DNA of 64,000 bases from Pseudomonadota bacterium. GTDB lineage: Bacteria; Pseudomonadota; Gammaproteobacteria; Xanthomonadales; SZUA-38. Below are positions 9,841 to 20,128 of this stretch, one piece after another. Within the stretch, counting starts at the first letter, position 1. Each line of letters opens with the position of its first letter. The stretch covers positions 19,616 to 83,615 of the forward strand of contig JBCDKA010000002.1 in the NCBI GenBank assembly GCA_038747195.1, written 5' to 3'. Position numbers and translations under genes: made by a program. The notes beneath the pieces were generated by a model. The model saw nothing but the letters and a program-made list of their open reading frames with translations. It ran no database searches and was not told the DNA's origin.

Positions 9841-11510
9841 GCGGGAAGCTCCAGGCGCGTTACCCACGTATCCTTGGTGTTCTTTACCACCATGTTGGCC
9901 CGCCCGCCGAAGACCTCTTCAAGCCGGGCCGTGATGTAGCTCTCACCAAGCCCTCCACCGACGTGTTCCTGGTTGTCCCCACGCGGTGCGTGGAATTCGA
10001 GTTGGTGCCCCTGCTCGCTTGCGCCGACTTTGAGCAGGAAATCAACGCCTGCGTTAAAGCGGTTGTGTGTCAGCGCATTCTCGATCAGCGTATGAAGCAC
10101 GACAGGCGGTAGGCGAAGCTCCTGGCCGTCAAGGCCGTTATCCTCGATCTCCAGCGACAGCGGCACGTTGTAGCGTAGCGACATCACATCAAGGTGGGCA
10201 CGACACAGCGCAACCTCCTCGTCCAGAGAAACCGTTGCCTGCCGACTGAGCTGACTCATCATCCGAAACTCTTCTCCCAGCGCGTCGATCATCCGGCTTG
10301 CGCGCTGCGCGTCGGTTTCGATCAACTCCTCGAGTGTTGCCAGGGTGTTGAGCAGAAAATGGGGCTGGAGATGCCGTTTCGCATAGTCCAGCTCCAGGCG
10401 TGCCGCCTTTAGCTCAGCAGCTTCTCGCTGGGCTCGCTCGCGGAAATAGGCGCGCAGATGGTCGACAAAAAACAGCAGTAAGATGACGGCCAACCCAAGA
10501 TAAAAGAAGAGGTCCAGAAAAACGGTTTGACTCAAAACCAGCAGCAGGCCGAAGGCAAGAAACGCCACTAGAGCAATCTCTGCCGACGGCCGCCTTCGCC
10601 GAATCCCCTGGGCGGCGGCAATGCCTCCCCCGAGCGTCGCCAGCGCGAAGTTGAGCAGAGAGATCTCATCTCCGCCATTCGCAAACAGCACCAGCACCCC
10701 GGCTATGGCGCAGTAACTGACAAGCCATGGCCACGCAGCGCGATCGGGCACAAAGCGTCGGAAGCTGAAGCCGAGCAGGCCAAGGCCAGCTAGCCCCGCA
10801 GCAGCGCCAATCGCAGCGAGCCGAAGGGAGTGAAGCGGATAAGGGTAATTCACGAAGGCGCGCGAGGTCTCCGCGGTTAGCTGCAATAGCGCACCTAGCG
10901 TTGCCAGTGCGAGCCAGGCCGTTGCGGCATCGCGACCTCGTACTGCCAGACCGATTAACAAGAGAAACGCGAGAGCCAGTGAGCCCCCAACGACCTGAGC
11001 CGGCAGATAGCCAGCTCGCGAAAAACGCAGCGGATCACCGTAAGGTCCAATAAAGACTGCATCCACGGGCGTTCGGACTCGCGGCCCGGCGTTGTGAGAC
11101 GACCAGCGTACAGCCAGGGTGTGCAGGCCTTCGGCTGGCGCTGGCAGCGGCAGCACAAAGGCAATCGTGCCCGGTACTTCGCCCTGTGGATCATCGGCGG
11201 GTCGGCCATTGCGTCCGAGGAGCTGTCCGTCCCAGTGAATCTCCGCCGACGCTGCGGCAAACAGATAGAGGCCCAGCGGCTGGTTCGACGCGCGCAAGGC
11301 TTTGGGAATCTCGATGCTGGACCGCATCCACCAGCTTTTCCGCCGATCGACCCGTGCCCATGAAACCGTCTCCCAGTCGGCGTCGTCCAGCTCCCGTGCG
11401 GCCCAGCTAGGGTCGTTGCCGTAGCGAACCTTGACTTCACCGATGCCGGCGAGTGGCTCACGGGCGCAGCCGGCCAACGCCAGGGCCCATAGAAGAACAG
11501 CGATCCGCAT
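9837..11510 (-). CDS. LytS/His_kinase-type sensor histidine kinase with periplasmic domain and multi-TM region
   Basis: H-box HLQPHFLLNTLATLEEL, HATPase-like tail (ENALTHN...GGGLGESY), about 6-7 hydrophobic helices, lipoprotein-like N-terminus MRIAVLLWALALAGC. Start chosen at ATG 11510 rather than track start 11648. Confidence 0.85.
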   Translation of the reverse strand: MRIAVLLWALALAGCAREPLAGIGEVKVRYGNDPSWAARELDDADWETVSWARVDRRKSWWMRSSIEIPKALRASNQPLGLYLFAAASAEIHWDGQLLGRNGRPADDPQGEVPGTIAFVLPLPAPAEGLHTLAVRWSSHNAGPRVRTPVDAVFIGPYGDPLRFSRAGYLPAQVVGGSLALAFLLLIGLAVRGRDAATAWLALATLGALLQLTAETSRAFVNYPYPLHSLRLAAIGAAAGLAGLGLLGFSFRRFVPDRAAWPWLVSYCAIAGVLVLFANGGDEISLLNFALATLGGGIAAAQGIRRRRPSAEIALVAFLAFGLLLVLSQTVFLDLFFYLGLAVILLLFFVDHLRAYFRERAQREAAELKAARLELDYAKRHLQPHFLLNTLATLEELIETDAQRASRMIDALGEEFRMMSQLSRQATVSLDEEVALCRAHLDVMSLRYNVPLSLEIEDNGLDGQELRLPPVVLHTLIENALTHNRFNAGVDFLLKVGASEQGHQLEFHAPRGDNQEHVGGGLGESYITARLEEVFGGRANMVVKNTKDTWVTRLELPA

Positions 11511-11666
11511 GGTGGGATTATGCCAGCCGCGCAGGCGGCTCCGCGCGGTGCAATGAGCCGTTGGGCGAGCTGCATGAGCACTTCGGCGTGGTTCCCGGTT
11601 TTTGCCCTCAAAACACCGGGCAGCGCGGGTTAGGCTGCCCGAACCCAACGAAAAACGGAGTTCTCT

Positions 11667-13094
11667 ATGCGCCGCTTAGCTCGCTCGACTGGCCTCATGC
11701 TCTTGCTTCTGACTTTCCAGGCGACAGCTTTGGAATTCCAGAGCAAGCCCTACACCTTTGAATCGAAGGGTAAAACGGGCGCCGAAGTCGAAGCCGAGTG
11801 GGGTGAGCTGGAGGTGCCATTGCGGCACAACAAGCCTGACGGCGAGCAGCTGACCCTGGCGTTCGTTCGCTTTCCCTCGACCAATCCCAAGCCGGGGCAC
11901 CCGATTGTCTACCTCGCCGGCGGCCCCGGAGGTTCGGGAATCGGTACGGCTAAAGGACGGCGTTTCCCGCTCTTCATGGCGCTGCGCGAAGTGGCTGACG
12001 TCATCGCCCTGGATCAGCGCGGAACGGGCGCGTCGTCCTCCGGGCCGGCCTGCCGCTACCCGGAAGCGCCCGACTTGAGCCAACAGGATTCGCGCGAGAA
12101 CGTGGTCGCCTACGTGCAGTCTGCGGCTCGGTACTGCCTCGACTGGTGGGCAGAACAGAAGGTCGATGTTGGTGCCTTCACTACGCGGGAAAGCGCTCGT
12201 GACCTGGAGCTGTTGCGACAGGCGCTAGGCGCCGAAAAACTGAATCTCTGGGGAATCAGCTACGGGACTCATCTCGCGCTGGACGCTTTCCGGGTGCTTG
12301 GCCCCGACCGCATCCATCGAGCCGTACTGGCGAGCCCGGAGGGATTGACCCAAACCGTCAAGCTACCTGGCTACTCGGACCGCTACTTCGAAAGGGTGGC
12401 GGAGCTGGCCAAGGACCAATACCCGGATTTTCTCAAGGTCCTGCGCGGGCAGATGCAGCGGCTTGCCGACAAACCCGAGACCTTGACGCTGTCACCTTCA
12501 GGAGCCCCTGATCCGGTCACCATGACGATCGGTGCCCAGAGCTACCGGATGCTGATCGCTTTTGCGATGGTCAAAAACCCCGGCAACGTGGCTGGCCTGC
12601 CGCAAATGGTCTACGGAGTCGAAGCACAAGGGATGCAAATGCTGGTGCCTTTTATTCGGCAAATGTTCGCCGAACCGATGACGCTGCGGCCGATGAGTTT
12701 TGCGATGGACGTCGCGTCCGGCATCAGCCCGGAGAGGCAGGCGCTGGTGGCGAGCCAGGCAGAAAACGCTGTACTCGGTGACGTGATGAATTTCCCGATG
12801 CCCCATGTATTGGGGGTGCCGGGTCTGCCGGACCTCGGAGAGGGCTTTCGCACCGAGGTCGAGAGCCCGATCGAGACGCTGGTACTCACTGGAACGCTGG
12901 ATGGCCGCACGTTCCCGGAGGCGCACGCCGAGATCCTGGCCGGGCTTTCCAGCGGGCGTCAGATCATCGTAGAAAACGCCGGACACGACCTGTTTATGGT
13001 CAGTCAGGAAGTTCAAGACGCGGTGATGCGATTCTTTGCAGACGGCACGGTCAGCAGTCCGAAAATCGGCATCCCCCCACCGGCGTTTCGGTGA
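11667..13094 (+). CDS. Exported alpha/beta hydrolase (S33 aminopeptidase-like)
   Basis: Signal peptide (LMLLLLTFQATA). GGPGGSG, nucleophile elbow GISYG, LTGTLDGRT (Asp) and NAGHDLF (His). GGAG lies 7 nt before the ATG. Confidence 0.8.
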   Translation: MRRLARSTGLMLLLLTFQATALEFQSKPYTFESKGKTGAEVEAEWGELEVPLRHNKPDGEQLTLAFVRFPSTNPKPGHPIVYLAGGPGGSGIGTAKGRRFPLFMALREVADVIALDQRGTGASSSGPACRYPEAPDLSQQDSRENVVAYVQSAARYCLDWWAEQKVDVGAFTTRESARDLELLRQALGAEKLNLWGISYGTHLALDAFRVLGPDRIHRAVLASPEGLTQTVKLPGYSDRYFERVAELAKDQYPDFLKVLRGQMQRLADKPETLTLSPSGAPDPVTMTIGAQSYRMLIAFAMVKNPGNVAGLPQMVYGVEAQGMQMLVPFIRQMFAEPMTLRPMSFAMDVASGISPERQALVASQAENAVLGDVMNFPMPHVLGVPGLPDLGEGFRTEVESPIETLVLTGTLDGRTFPEAHAEILAGLSSGRQIIVENAGHDLFMVSQEVQDAVMRFFADGTVSSPKIGIPPPAFR

Positions 13095-13224
13095 CCCTGC
13101 CATAGCCCTGCAGGCCGATCGATCCTAGTGCAACCTGGAGGCAGACTTGTGCAACCAGGGTGACAGATCAGAGGGCGTAACTCTGGCAAGCTAAATGGCA
13201 TTCCACGGAGCGGGAGTGCGGCTT

Positions 13225-16200
13225 ATGTCAGGAAAAAAGACCTTTTTTGCGGTTATCTGCGGTTTTTGGCTCATCTGCGAAGCGGGTACTGCCGCAACGC
13301 CACCAGAGCTGTCGGGGCTGACTGCGCTGCTGTCGTCTGACAAGTCAGGCGGAGACGGGGAGCTGACGCGGCACACGCTGCAGACGCTCCCCTATCGGCA
13401 GGGGCGGATTACCCTTATCGAACCCCTGGTCCTTCAGTTCTCAGCGCCGCAAACGCGCTTTGTTGCGCAGCTGGACGATCCGGCTGGCGACTCGATCTAC
13501 GCGATCGAAGCCTTTCGCGGAACGGAATCGCTCGCGCTGGAGCGTTTTGCCTTGGGTGACCAGAAGCTGCCCAGCGTCAGGCCCGCGCCCGATGGCATGC
13601 TCTCCCTGAGCACCACGCAACCCTTTGACCGGGTGGAAATCCGCGAGATCCATGGTCGAGCTTCGAGCGATCCGGAGTACGTCGAGGCGCTCTATGCTGG
13701 GAATCCGTCGCAGAAAGGCGGGGGCAACGCCGATGCGCTCATCTGTCAGGTCCCGCTGGGCCTCACCTACAACGTCGCCTTTGGAGTTGCGCTCGTGGCG
13801 TTCGACCCCCTAACGGTGACCGCCGCAAACGCCGCGGCATACACGTCAAATCTGGGGCTGAAGTTCTGCAAAACGGTGATCGAGCCGCCGGCGGATATCG
13901 TGCGCTCGGTTGTACCCGGCCAGTGCGTGAAGAATTTTCTCCAGCCGCACATGGTGGCGGAGTACGAAAACGCCCTGGGCGTGCCGCTGAAATTTGAATA
14001 CAACTGGGGCCAGCTCGGTACGCCGATTGTCTTCCATCACAATACCGAGGTGGAGGTCAGTCTCCAGTTCGATTCACCGCCTTCGCCAAGCGTCGAAAAT
14101 TTCAGCCTTCGCGCCCTGCTGACCGATTCGTCGCTCGACGGCACCGATGCCATCTATCGCGAGTGTGACGACAAGAACGGCACGAAGCGCTTCAGTCAGC
14201 TGGAGCCGGGGGTCGGCCCACGCTACGAGTGCCCGTACGTAGTCAATCGCGAGCTGGCGGTGCCGGTCGGCGAGAATACGCTCGTCTGGCGTGCTAACGC
14301 CAAGATGGGTCTCCTGGACCTATTCTCCCCGCTGATACCCGGCGTACCCACCGGCGCCAAGGTGCCGTACTACAAATCGATCCTGCTGCGCGTTGCGCAG
14401 GAAGCGCTGCTGATCGCCAGCGACTTCTTCCTCGGCGGCTGGCGCTGGGGCAACACGAGCGTGGCGTTTCAGACGGTCACGATTATCGATGACCGACCGC
14501 CGCAGATCCTTCCGGAACCGGAAAATGCCGCCATGCTCGAAGGGCGGATCACCGCCATGCTGATCAACGACGAGCTGCGGGTGCAGATCGAGGCGGACGA
14601 GCCGGGTGGCGTTTCAACTCGCCGCTACGAGCCGCTGCTGAAGCAGCTTTACCGGGTATTTGATCCTTGCGATCGGCCGGTGACGTTCACTGCGGCGTAT
14701 CCGAACGGTGGGCTGCGCACCTTCTGGCCGGTCAGCACGCAGGCCCAGGACCAGAGCTTCACGATCACCTGGACCGCCGAGGACCTCGGCCCCAACAACA
14801 ACGGCGTCCCCAACCAAACGCCGGCCACCATGCGGGTTGAGGTCGTGGATATTCGCCCGCCAGCGCTGCTGCCGCCGCCGGATATTGTCGAGATAACGGG
14901 GCAAACCGTGAGCGAGCTGGGTCAGCCGCTGGTGTTCGACTTTGTCGACTTAGACCCGCTCATCACCAACAACGCCAGCCTGCCGTTGGGGCAGGGTCTG
15001 ACCGAAGTGACCTGGACTGCCACCGACGCGTCCGGCAACAGCACAACGGCGGTGCAGCTGGTCAACCTCAAGGCGAGCAACGCTGATCCCACCGCGGATG
15101 CTCAAACGGGCGCCAATAGGGAGGAGGCTGTTTCCTTTGAGCCCACCACGCTGCGCCTGACCGGCAGCGACCCGGACGGTGACCCGCTGCGCTTTTTTGT
15201 GGAGCAGTATCCCGAGAACGGGTTCTTTGTGGCCCCGCTTTATCCCTACTTTGTCGAAGACTTTCGGGTTGCCCGAAACGTACCGACCGGAGACCTTTTC
15301 GACCAATTCTGCGACCCGGCCAATGCCGAGCAGGACTTCCAGATCAAGTATCCGGTGGAGCCGAGTTTTATCGACGTTTCCGAAGACGGCAGGACATTCG
15401 TGATGGACCGCGGCCGAATCGACTGCCGCGGTGGCGGGACAGCCAGCCGACGGCCACGCATCGCGGTCTTTCCGGCGGGCTTTGACCCCGACGGCAGCGA
15501 ATCGCCGCTGGCGATCCAGACGGCGGAGCCCGCCGATCTTGTGGTCGATGAGTTCAATCAGCTGATGGTGGTCACCACCAACTCAAGCGGTGGTGACGCA
15601 TTCGTGCGCACCTATGACTTTGCCCTGAACCAGGTGCAGGCTTACGACCTGGACGACGTAGACGATCGGGCAACCGGGACCTGCACCAACTTTGGCACGA
15701 ATAATTTTTGCGAGATTCGCGAGGCCCGCAGCGCGGTGGTCGACGCCAACGGCGTGCTCTACGTGATGGACGTAAAGGGGAGAATCTACGCCCTGGAACT
15801 GGTCGATGACACCACCTCGGCCACGCAGTTCATCGATTACCTGTCGGACGACGTGACCAACAGCAGCAATACGAACGTCTCGTCGCGCGCGCTGGCGCTG
15901 GACGCTGACGGGTTTGTCTACGCCACCCGCAACAACCGCATCTACAAATACGGACCCTCCTGGGTGGATGCTGACGGATTGGTTCAGATTGGTGAACCAA
16001 TCGGCTGGCTGGGCCGTTGCGACGTGGACCTGGCGCCGGGACAGGACGCGGTCTGCGACGTGACTAACCGCCGCAGCCTGGGTTTTTCCTGCACGGACGC
16101 AACCTGCAGTATCGATGATGCCATCACCCAGGAAGAAAAGGATTTCTGCGGTCTGACCTTCTCCAACCTGGGCAACTTCGGCTGCCGGCCGGGCCAGTTT

Positions 16201-18741
16201 CGCAGTCCCCTGGGGCTGGACATCGATCCGCGAGGCAACATCTACGTCGCGGATAACGCCAACCAGCGCATCCAGCGCTTTACGCCGGAGGGTTTTTTCG
16301 CCGGCGAAGCGGAGTCGGAGTGTGACGGCAGCTGTTTTGTCCTGGGCGACTTCGGCAATCCGCAGGATATCTCGGTCAACTCCGGCCGCTTTTACATCCT
16401 GGACCCGAGCACCAACCTGCTGCATATATCGCTGCTCACGCCGTTCACCGACCAGGGCCCGGACTTTGCTGAATTGGTCTATCAATCGAACAACGACTTT
16501 GGCGCACTGAACCCGGCTGAATCGGTTGATCAGTTTGCGTTCAGCGTCAGCGACGGCGTGCGCGACCCCGACAGCGGTCAGCCGGCTCGCACCGCGCCCG
16601 CCACGGTGGAGATTGCGGTGCGCCGCAACTTCCGACCACCGACGGCCACGCCGGGCATCAGCGCCGTAGCCCTGGAGGATGTTGAAACACCGATCATGCT
16701 GGACGGCGCGGAGCTGGATCCGCTGGACGTACTCACCTTCAATCTGATCGATCCACCGACCAAAGGCAGCGTGATCGTCGTTGGTGACGAGGCGCGCTAT
16801 CTGTCCGACCCCAACTATGTCGGGCCAGATAGTTTCACCTTCGCTGCTTTCGACGGCCTGGATGAATCGGCGCCGGAACGAGTAGAGGTTGACGTCCTGA
16901 ACGTGAACGATCCGCCGGTAGTCAGCCCCTTGGATGACGCGCAGGTGAGCACTGGCTTTACCTTTACTCTGCGTCATGACTTTGATGATCCGGACGCTAA
17001 AGATTTGCACGGCCTGGCCATCAACTGGGGTGACGGCACTGCGTCACCGGAAGGCGAGATCGACATGAATGGCCAGCTGACGGGTCCGATCCTGGATGAG
17101 GGTGATGTCGGGCCCGGTCGGATCACCGCTGAGCATGTCTACACAGCGGCGGGCAGCTATACGCTGGAGGTTTGCGTCACCGACCAGATGGTGGGCTCGG
17201 GTTCCAGCAAGGTCCCGACGGCGCAGACCACCACCGGATGCGCCGAGGCGACGGTGACCGTGATCGACGGTTTGGACCTCCAGCTTTCCGGCTCGCCCTC
17301 AAGCGACGCCGCACTGCCCGGCCAGATTGTTGGCTACGAGTTTTCCGTTGAGAACCTGACGCCGAGCGCCGGCGCAGGGCAGACGGCCACCGGTGTGGAA
17401 ATGACCATCGACGTGGCGCCGGAGTTTGAGCTGAATTCCATCGCCGCCGCGGGATGTCAGCGCAGCGGCCGGCAGCTGCGCTGCGCCCTGGCTGACCTGG
17501 CGCCCGGGGCAACCGCCGCCGTCAACGTCAGCGCCCGAGTGCCCTTCGATGTCGATCTCGGCCTGCGCCTCCGGACCGACGTGCGGGTGACCCAGGATCA
17601 GTCGGACCAGACGCCAGACAACACGCTCGCCCAGATCACGCCGGTCTTAAGGCCAGCGGATCTTCAGGTGGGCAGCACGGAAGAAGCGCTGACCGACAAA
17701 GGTGACGTTAATGCCGGTGACGGACTATGTGCCAGCGAGGACGGCGTCTGCACGCTGCGGGCTGCCATCGAGGAGGCGAACGCGCTGCCGGGCCAGCAGT
17801 CGATTGCGCTGGGCAGCGGCACCTATCAGGTCGGGGAGACTGCACCACTGAATGTCACCGACAGTCTGACGCTGCTTGGCAATGGCGCTGAGCGTACGAT
17901 CATTTTTGGTAACGCTGGCTTCACGGCGCTGGTCAACGAGGCCGGCGCAACGCTGCGCCTGGAAGATCTGACGATCAGCAGCGAAGGCGGCGGCCTCAGC
18001 GCGCGGGGCGACCTGTTTACGCGTGGGGTCCGATTTACCGCCAACCGGGTGAACGGTTCTTTTGGCGCCGCCGTTTTTGCGGATTCGAATGTCGATCTTC
18101 GTGACACCACCTTCGATGGCAACCAGACGTCCGCCGACGGCGCGGCGCTCTTTAATATCTCGGGCACCAGCTATCTGGAGAACGTCACCGTGGTGGGTAA
18201 CCGCGGTGGAGGCCTGGTGTTCAACGATGACGCGACGCTGGTCAACCTGACGATCACCGGCAACAGCGGTGGCTGCTGCTGGGTGACGACGTCCGCCGCT
18301 CTGAACGCCTTCGGGTCCGGCACGGTGGTAACCCTGGTCAACTCGATGCTCGCAGGAAACTCACCCTCCGCGGCCTTTTTTGCTGGGCCCGATTCGCCGC
18401 CAAACTGCGTCACTGCCGACGGTGGCAGCATCGTGTCACTGGGCAACAACCTGCTCGGAGATTTAGCGGGTTGTGAGCTGTCGCCGCTGCCCAGCGATAT
18501 TCTCGCCGAAGATGCGGACCTGAATCCCATCGGGCCCAACGGCGTTCTTGTGCCGACCCTGAATCCTCGGATTACCTCGCTGCTGGTGGATGGTGGTGAT
18601 GCCGACAGCTGCCCCGCCGGGGATGCCCGAGGAATTTCTCGTCCGGAAGACGGCAATGGTGACGGCAGCGCATCGTGCGATATCGGTGCGGTTGAGCTCA
18701 GAGAGGATGGACTGTTTGTCTCCGGTTTCGAAGAACTGTGA
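13225..18741 (+). CDS. Giant exported multidomain adhesin-like protein (HYR-like, NHL, cadherin-like, PKD-like, DUF11-like, CSLREA-capped beta-helix)
   Basis: Signal peptide from ATG 13225 (MSGKKTFFAVICGFWLICEAGTA); the track start is 13195. HYR-like GLTEVTWTATDASGNSTTAVQLVNL, NHL repeat GQFRSPLGLDIDPRGNIYVADNANQRIQRF, LNVNDPPVV, PKD-like HVYTAAGSYTLEVCVTDQ, DUF11-like repeat, GVCTLRAAIEEANA, beta-helix rungs, CDIGAVE, terminal LFVSGFEEL. Confidence 0.9.
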   Translation: MSGKKTFFAVICGFWLICEAGTAATPPELSGLTALLSSDKSGGDGELTRHTLQTLPYRQGRITLIEPLVLQFSAPQTRFVAQLDDPAGDSIYAIEAFRGTESLALERFALGDQKLPSVRPAPDGMLSLSTTQPFDRVEIREIHGRASSDPEYVEALYAGNPSQKGGGNADALICQVPLGLTYNVAFGVALVAFDPLTVTAANAAAYTSNLGLKFCKTVIEPPADIVRSVVPGQCVKNFLQPHMVAEYENALGVPLKFEYNWGQLGTPIVFHHNTEVEVSLQFDSPPSPSVENFSLRALLTDSSLDGTDAIYRECDDKNGTKRFSQLEPGVGPRYECPYVVNRELAVPVGENTLVWRANAKMGLLDLFSPLIPGVPTGAKVPYYKSILLRVAQEALLIASDFFLGGWRWGNTSVAFQTVTIIDDRPPQILPEPENAAMLEGRITAMLINDELRVQIEADEPGGVSTRRYEPLLKQLYRVFDPCDRPVTFTAAYPNGGLRTFWPVSTQAQDQSFTITWTAEDLGPNNNGVPNQTPATMRVEVVDIRPPALLPPPDIVEITGQTVSELGQPLVFDFVDLDPLITNNASLPLGQGLTEVTWTATDASGNSTTAVQLVNLKASNADPTADAQTGANREEAVSFEPTTLRLTGSDPDGDPLRFFVEQYPENGFFVAPLYPYFVEDFRVARNVPTGDLFDQFCDPANAEQDFQIKYPVEPSFIDVSEDGRTFVMDRGRIDCRGGGTASRRPRIAVFPAGFDPDGSESPLAIQTAEPADLVVDEFNQLMVVTTNSSGGDAFVRTYDFALNQVQAYDLDDVDDRATGTCTNFGTNNFCEIREARSAVVDANGVLYVMDVKGRIYALELVDDTTSATQFIDYLSDDVTNSSNTNVSSRALALDADGFVYATRNNRIYKYGPSWVDADGLVQIGEPIGWLGRCDVDLAPGQDAVCDVTNRRSLGFSCTDATCSIDDAITQEEKDFCGLTFSNLGNFGCRPGQFRSPLGLDIDPRGNIYVADNANQRIQRFTPEGFFAGEAESECDGSCFVLGDFGNPQDISVNSGRFYILDPSTNLLHISLLTPFTDQGPDFAELVYQSNNDFGALNPAESVDQFAFSVSDGVRDPDSGQPARTAPATVEIAVRRNFRPPTATPGISAVALEDVETPIMLDGAELDPLDVLTFNLIDPPTKGSVIVVGDEARYLSDPNYVGPDSFTFAAFDGLDESAPERVEVDVLNVNDPPVVSPLDDAQVSTGFTFTLRHDFDDPDAKDLHGLAINWGDGTASPEGEIDMNGQLTGPILDEGDVGPGRITAEHVYTAAGSYTLEVCVTDQMVGSGSSKVPTAQTTTGCAEATVTVIDGLDLQLSGSPSSDAALPGQIVGYEFSVENLTPSAGAGQTATGVEMTIDVAPEFELNSIAAAGCQRSGRQLRCALADLAPGATAAVNVSARVPFDVDLGLRLRTDVRVTQDQSDQTPDNTLAQITPVLRPADLQVGSTEEALTDKGDVNAGDGLCASEDGVCTLRAAIEEANALPGQQSIALGSGTYQVGETAPLNVTDSLTLLGNGAERTIIFGNAGFTALVNEAGATLRLEDLTISSEGGGLSARGDLFTRGVRFTANRVNGSFGAAVFADSNVDLRDTTFDGNQTSADGAALFNISGTSYLENVTVVGNRGGGLVFNDDATLVNLTITGNSGGCCWVTTSAALNAFGSGTVVTLVNSMLAGNSPSAAFFAGPDSPPNCVTADGGSIVSLGNNLLGDLAGCELSPLPSDILAEDADLNPIGPNGVLVPTLNPRITSLLVDGGDADSCPAGDARGISRPEDGNGDGSASCDIGAVELREDGLFVSGFEEL

Positions 18742-18820
18742 GGTAGCTTAGGTCAATGCGTGGGTAGGACAACGGTTTGCCCCGATCACGCCGGAGCAGC
18801 AACCGGAGTAAGCTGGCGTT

Positions 18821-20002
18821 ATGGGTCGTTTTCGCACAGGTCGTGTCCTCCGGCTATGCCGCCTAATTGGGTTCTTCGCGGTCATGTCGCTGGCTGCGAC
18901 GCCCACTTTTTCCGAACCGTCAGCTGCCGAGATCCTGGAGGCGATCGCGGCGTCGGATGATCCCGACGAAGTTGTCCGGCAGCGCCTGCGGGGTGAGACC
19001 CCGCCACTGGTGTTTGGCGAAGAGTTCCTTTTCCTAGCTCGCGCAGAAGGATCCTCCCCGCCCCGAATCGTCGGGGACTTCAACGATGGCGGCTATGCCC
19101 GATCGGAGGTGTTTGGAAACGGGACCATGCAGCGGGTAGGCAGCACCGCGTGGTTTGCGCTCAGGGTTCCGGTGGGGCGAGACGCTCGGTTTGAGTACCA
19201 GCTTGCCGTTGGGAATTTGCGCTCTCCCGATCCGCTGAATCCCGATCTTGCGCTGACGTACGGCAGTCGCCGTTCTGTTGCGGTCGGGCCAGACTCGCGT
19301 TCCGCACCCCTGCCCCTGGTTGGGGCGTCGCGGGGCCGGATAGAAATCCTGCAGTTCTCAAGCCGAATCCGAAAAAATACGCGCCCGATTCACGTCTATC
19401 GGCCGCCGGGTGCTGGCGGCGGTAATCGCCTGCCAACGCTTTACGTCAAGGATGGGGATCTTTTTCGCCGGGACGCTGCTATGCCGGCGCTGATCGATAC
19501 GTTGATTGCCCGAGGCATGCTGCCGCCAATGTTTGTGGTCTTCCTTGTGCCGATCGACCGGGCGACGGAGTACGGCACTTCGGCCGACTATCGCCAGCTG
19601 GTGATCAACGAGCTCGTGCCGTTTATCGAGACGCGCTTTGAAACTGGAGGTGCGGCAAGTCAGCGTGGCCTTTTGGGCGCCTCGCGCGCCGGGCTGGCCG
19701 CTGTGGATCTGGCGCTCAGGCACTCAGACGTGTTTGGCTTCGCCGCCGCCCTGTCGCCCGCGATCCGGCCCGTTCGGCTCATTGACCAGATTGCCGAAGC
19801 GACGGCGGATGACGCTAAATTCTTTGTGCTGCTGTCCCGTTTTGATACCCCGGCGCTCATCGAGGATGGGCGCCTGCTGGCCGGCGCTCTCAGGCATGCC
19901 GGTCACCGGGTGAATGTTATTGAAGCGCCGATTGACCACTCGATTAACGCCTGGGCGCACTGGATTGACCTGGCTTTAAGCGGCTGGAATCTGGATCGCT
20001 AG
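18821..20002 (+). CDS. Exported esterase (enterochelin-esterase-like 'putative esterase' fold)
   Basis: Hydrophobic N-terminus, Ig-like N-domain, then IHVYRPPG...LPTLYVKDGD and nucleophile elbow GASRAG followed by AALSPA. Confidence 0.7.
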   Translation: MGRFRTGRVLRLCRLIGFFAVMSLAATPTFSEPSAAEILEAIAASDDPDEVVRQRLRGETPPLVFGEEFLFLARAEGSSPPRIVGDFNDGGYARSEVFGNGTMQRVGSTAWFALRVPVGRDARFEYQLAVGNLRSPDPLNPDLALTYGSRRSVAVGPDSRSAPLPLVGASRGRIEILQFSSRIRKNTRPIHVYRPPGAGGGNRLPTLYVKDGDLFRRDAAMPALIDTLIARGMLPPMFVVFLVPIDRATEYGTSADYRQLVINELVPFIETRFETGGAASQRGLLGASRAGLAAVDLALRHSDVFGFAAALSPAIRPVRLIDQIAEATADDAKFFVLLSRFDTPALIEDGRLLAGALRHAGHRVNVIEAPIDHSINAWAHWIDLALSGWNLDR

Positions 20003-20128
20003 CCCATGGTCTTGGCCTTTTGGAAAAGGCTAGCGGCCAGAACGGTGACGCGACCAGCGAGCGTGAATCGTTGCTGAGGAGTTGTCGGAAGATCACTGAA
20101 ACACACCGACGTCCGCCCAGCCAAGGAA

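Noticed and set aside
13136-13153. Sigma-54-like TGGAGG-N5-TTGTGCA upstream of the giant gene
   Set aside because: The -24 element (TGGAGG versus TGGCAC) and the -12 element (TTGT versus TTGC) both deviate at conserved positions, and no bEBP gene lies nearby.
15583-17010. 475-aa minus-strand ORF inside the giant adhesin gene
   Set aside because: It lies antisense to a gene with strong domain content. The translation is Arg/Ala/Gly/Val-rich with no motifs, typical of a shadow ORF in GC-rich DNA.
20015-20030. GCCTTTTGGAAAAGGC hairpin between convergent genes; similar hairpins at 29085..29115, 21824..21849 and 36023..36046
   Set aside because: The stems are short or imperfect and lack a following T-tract, so they are not confident intrinsic terminators.
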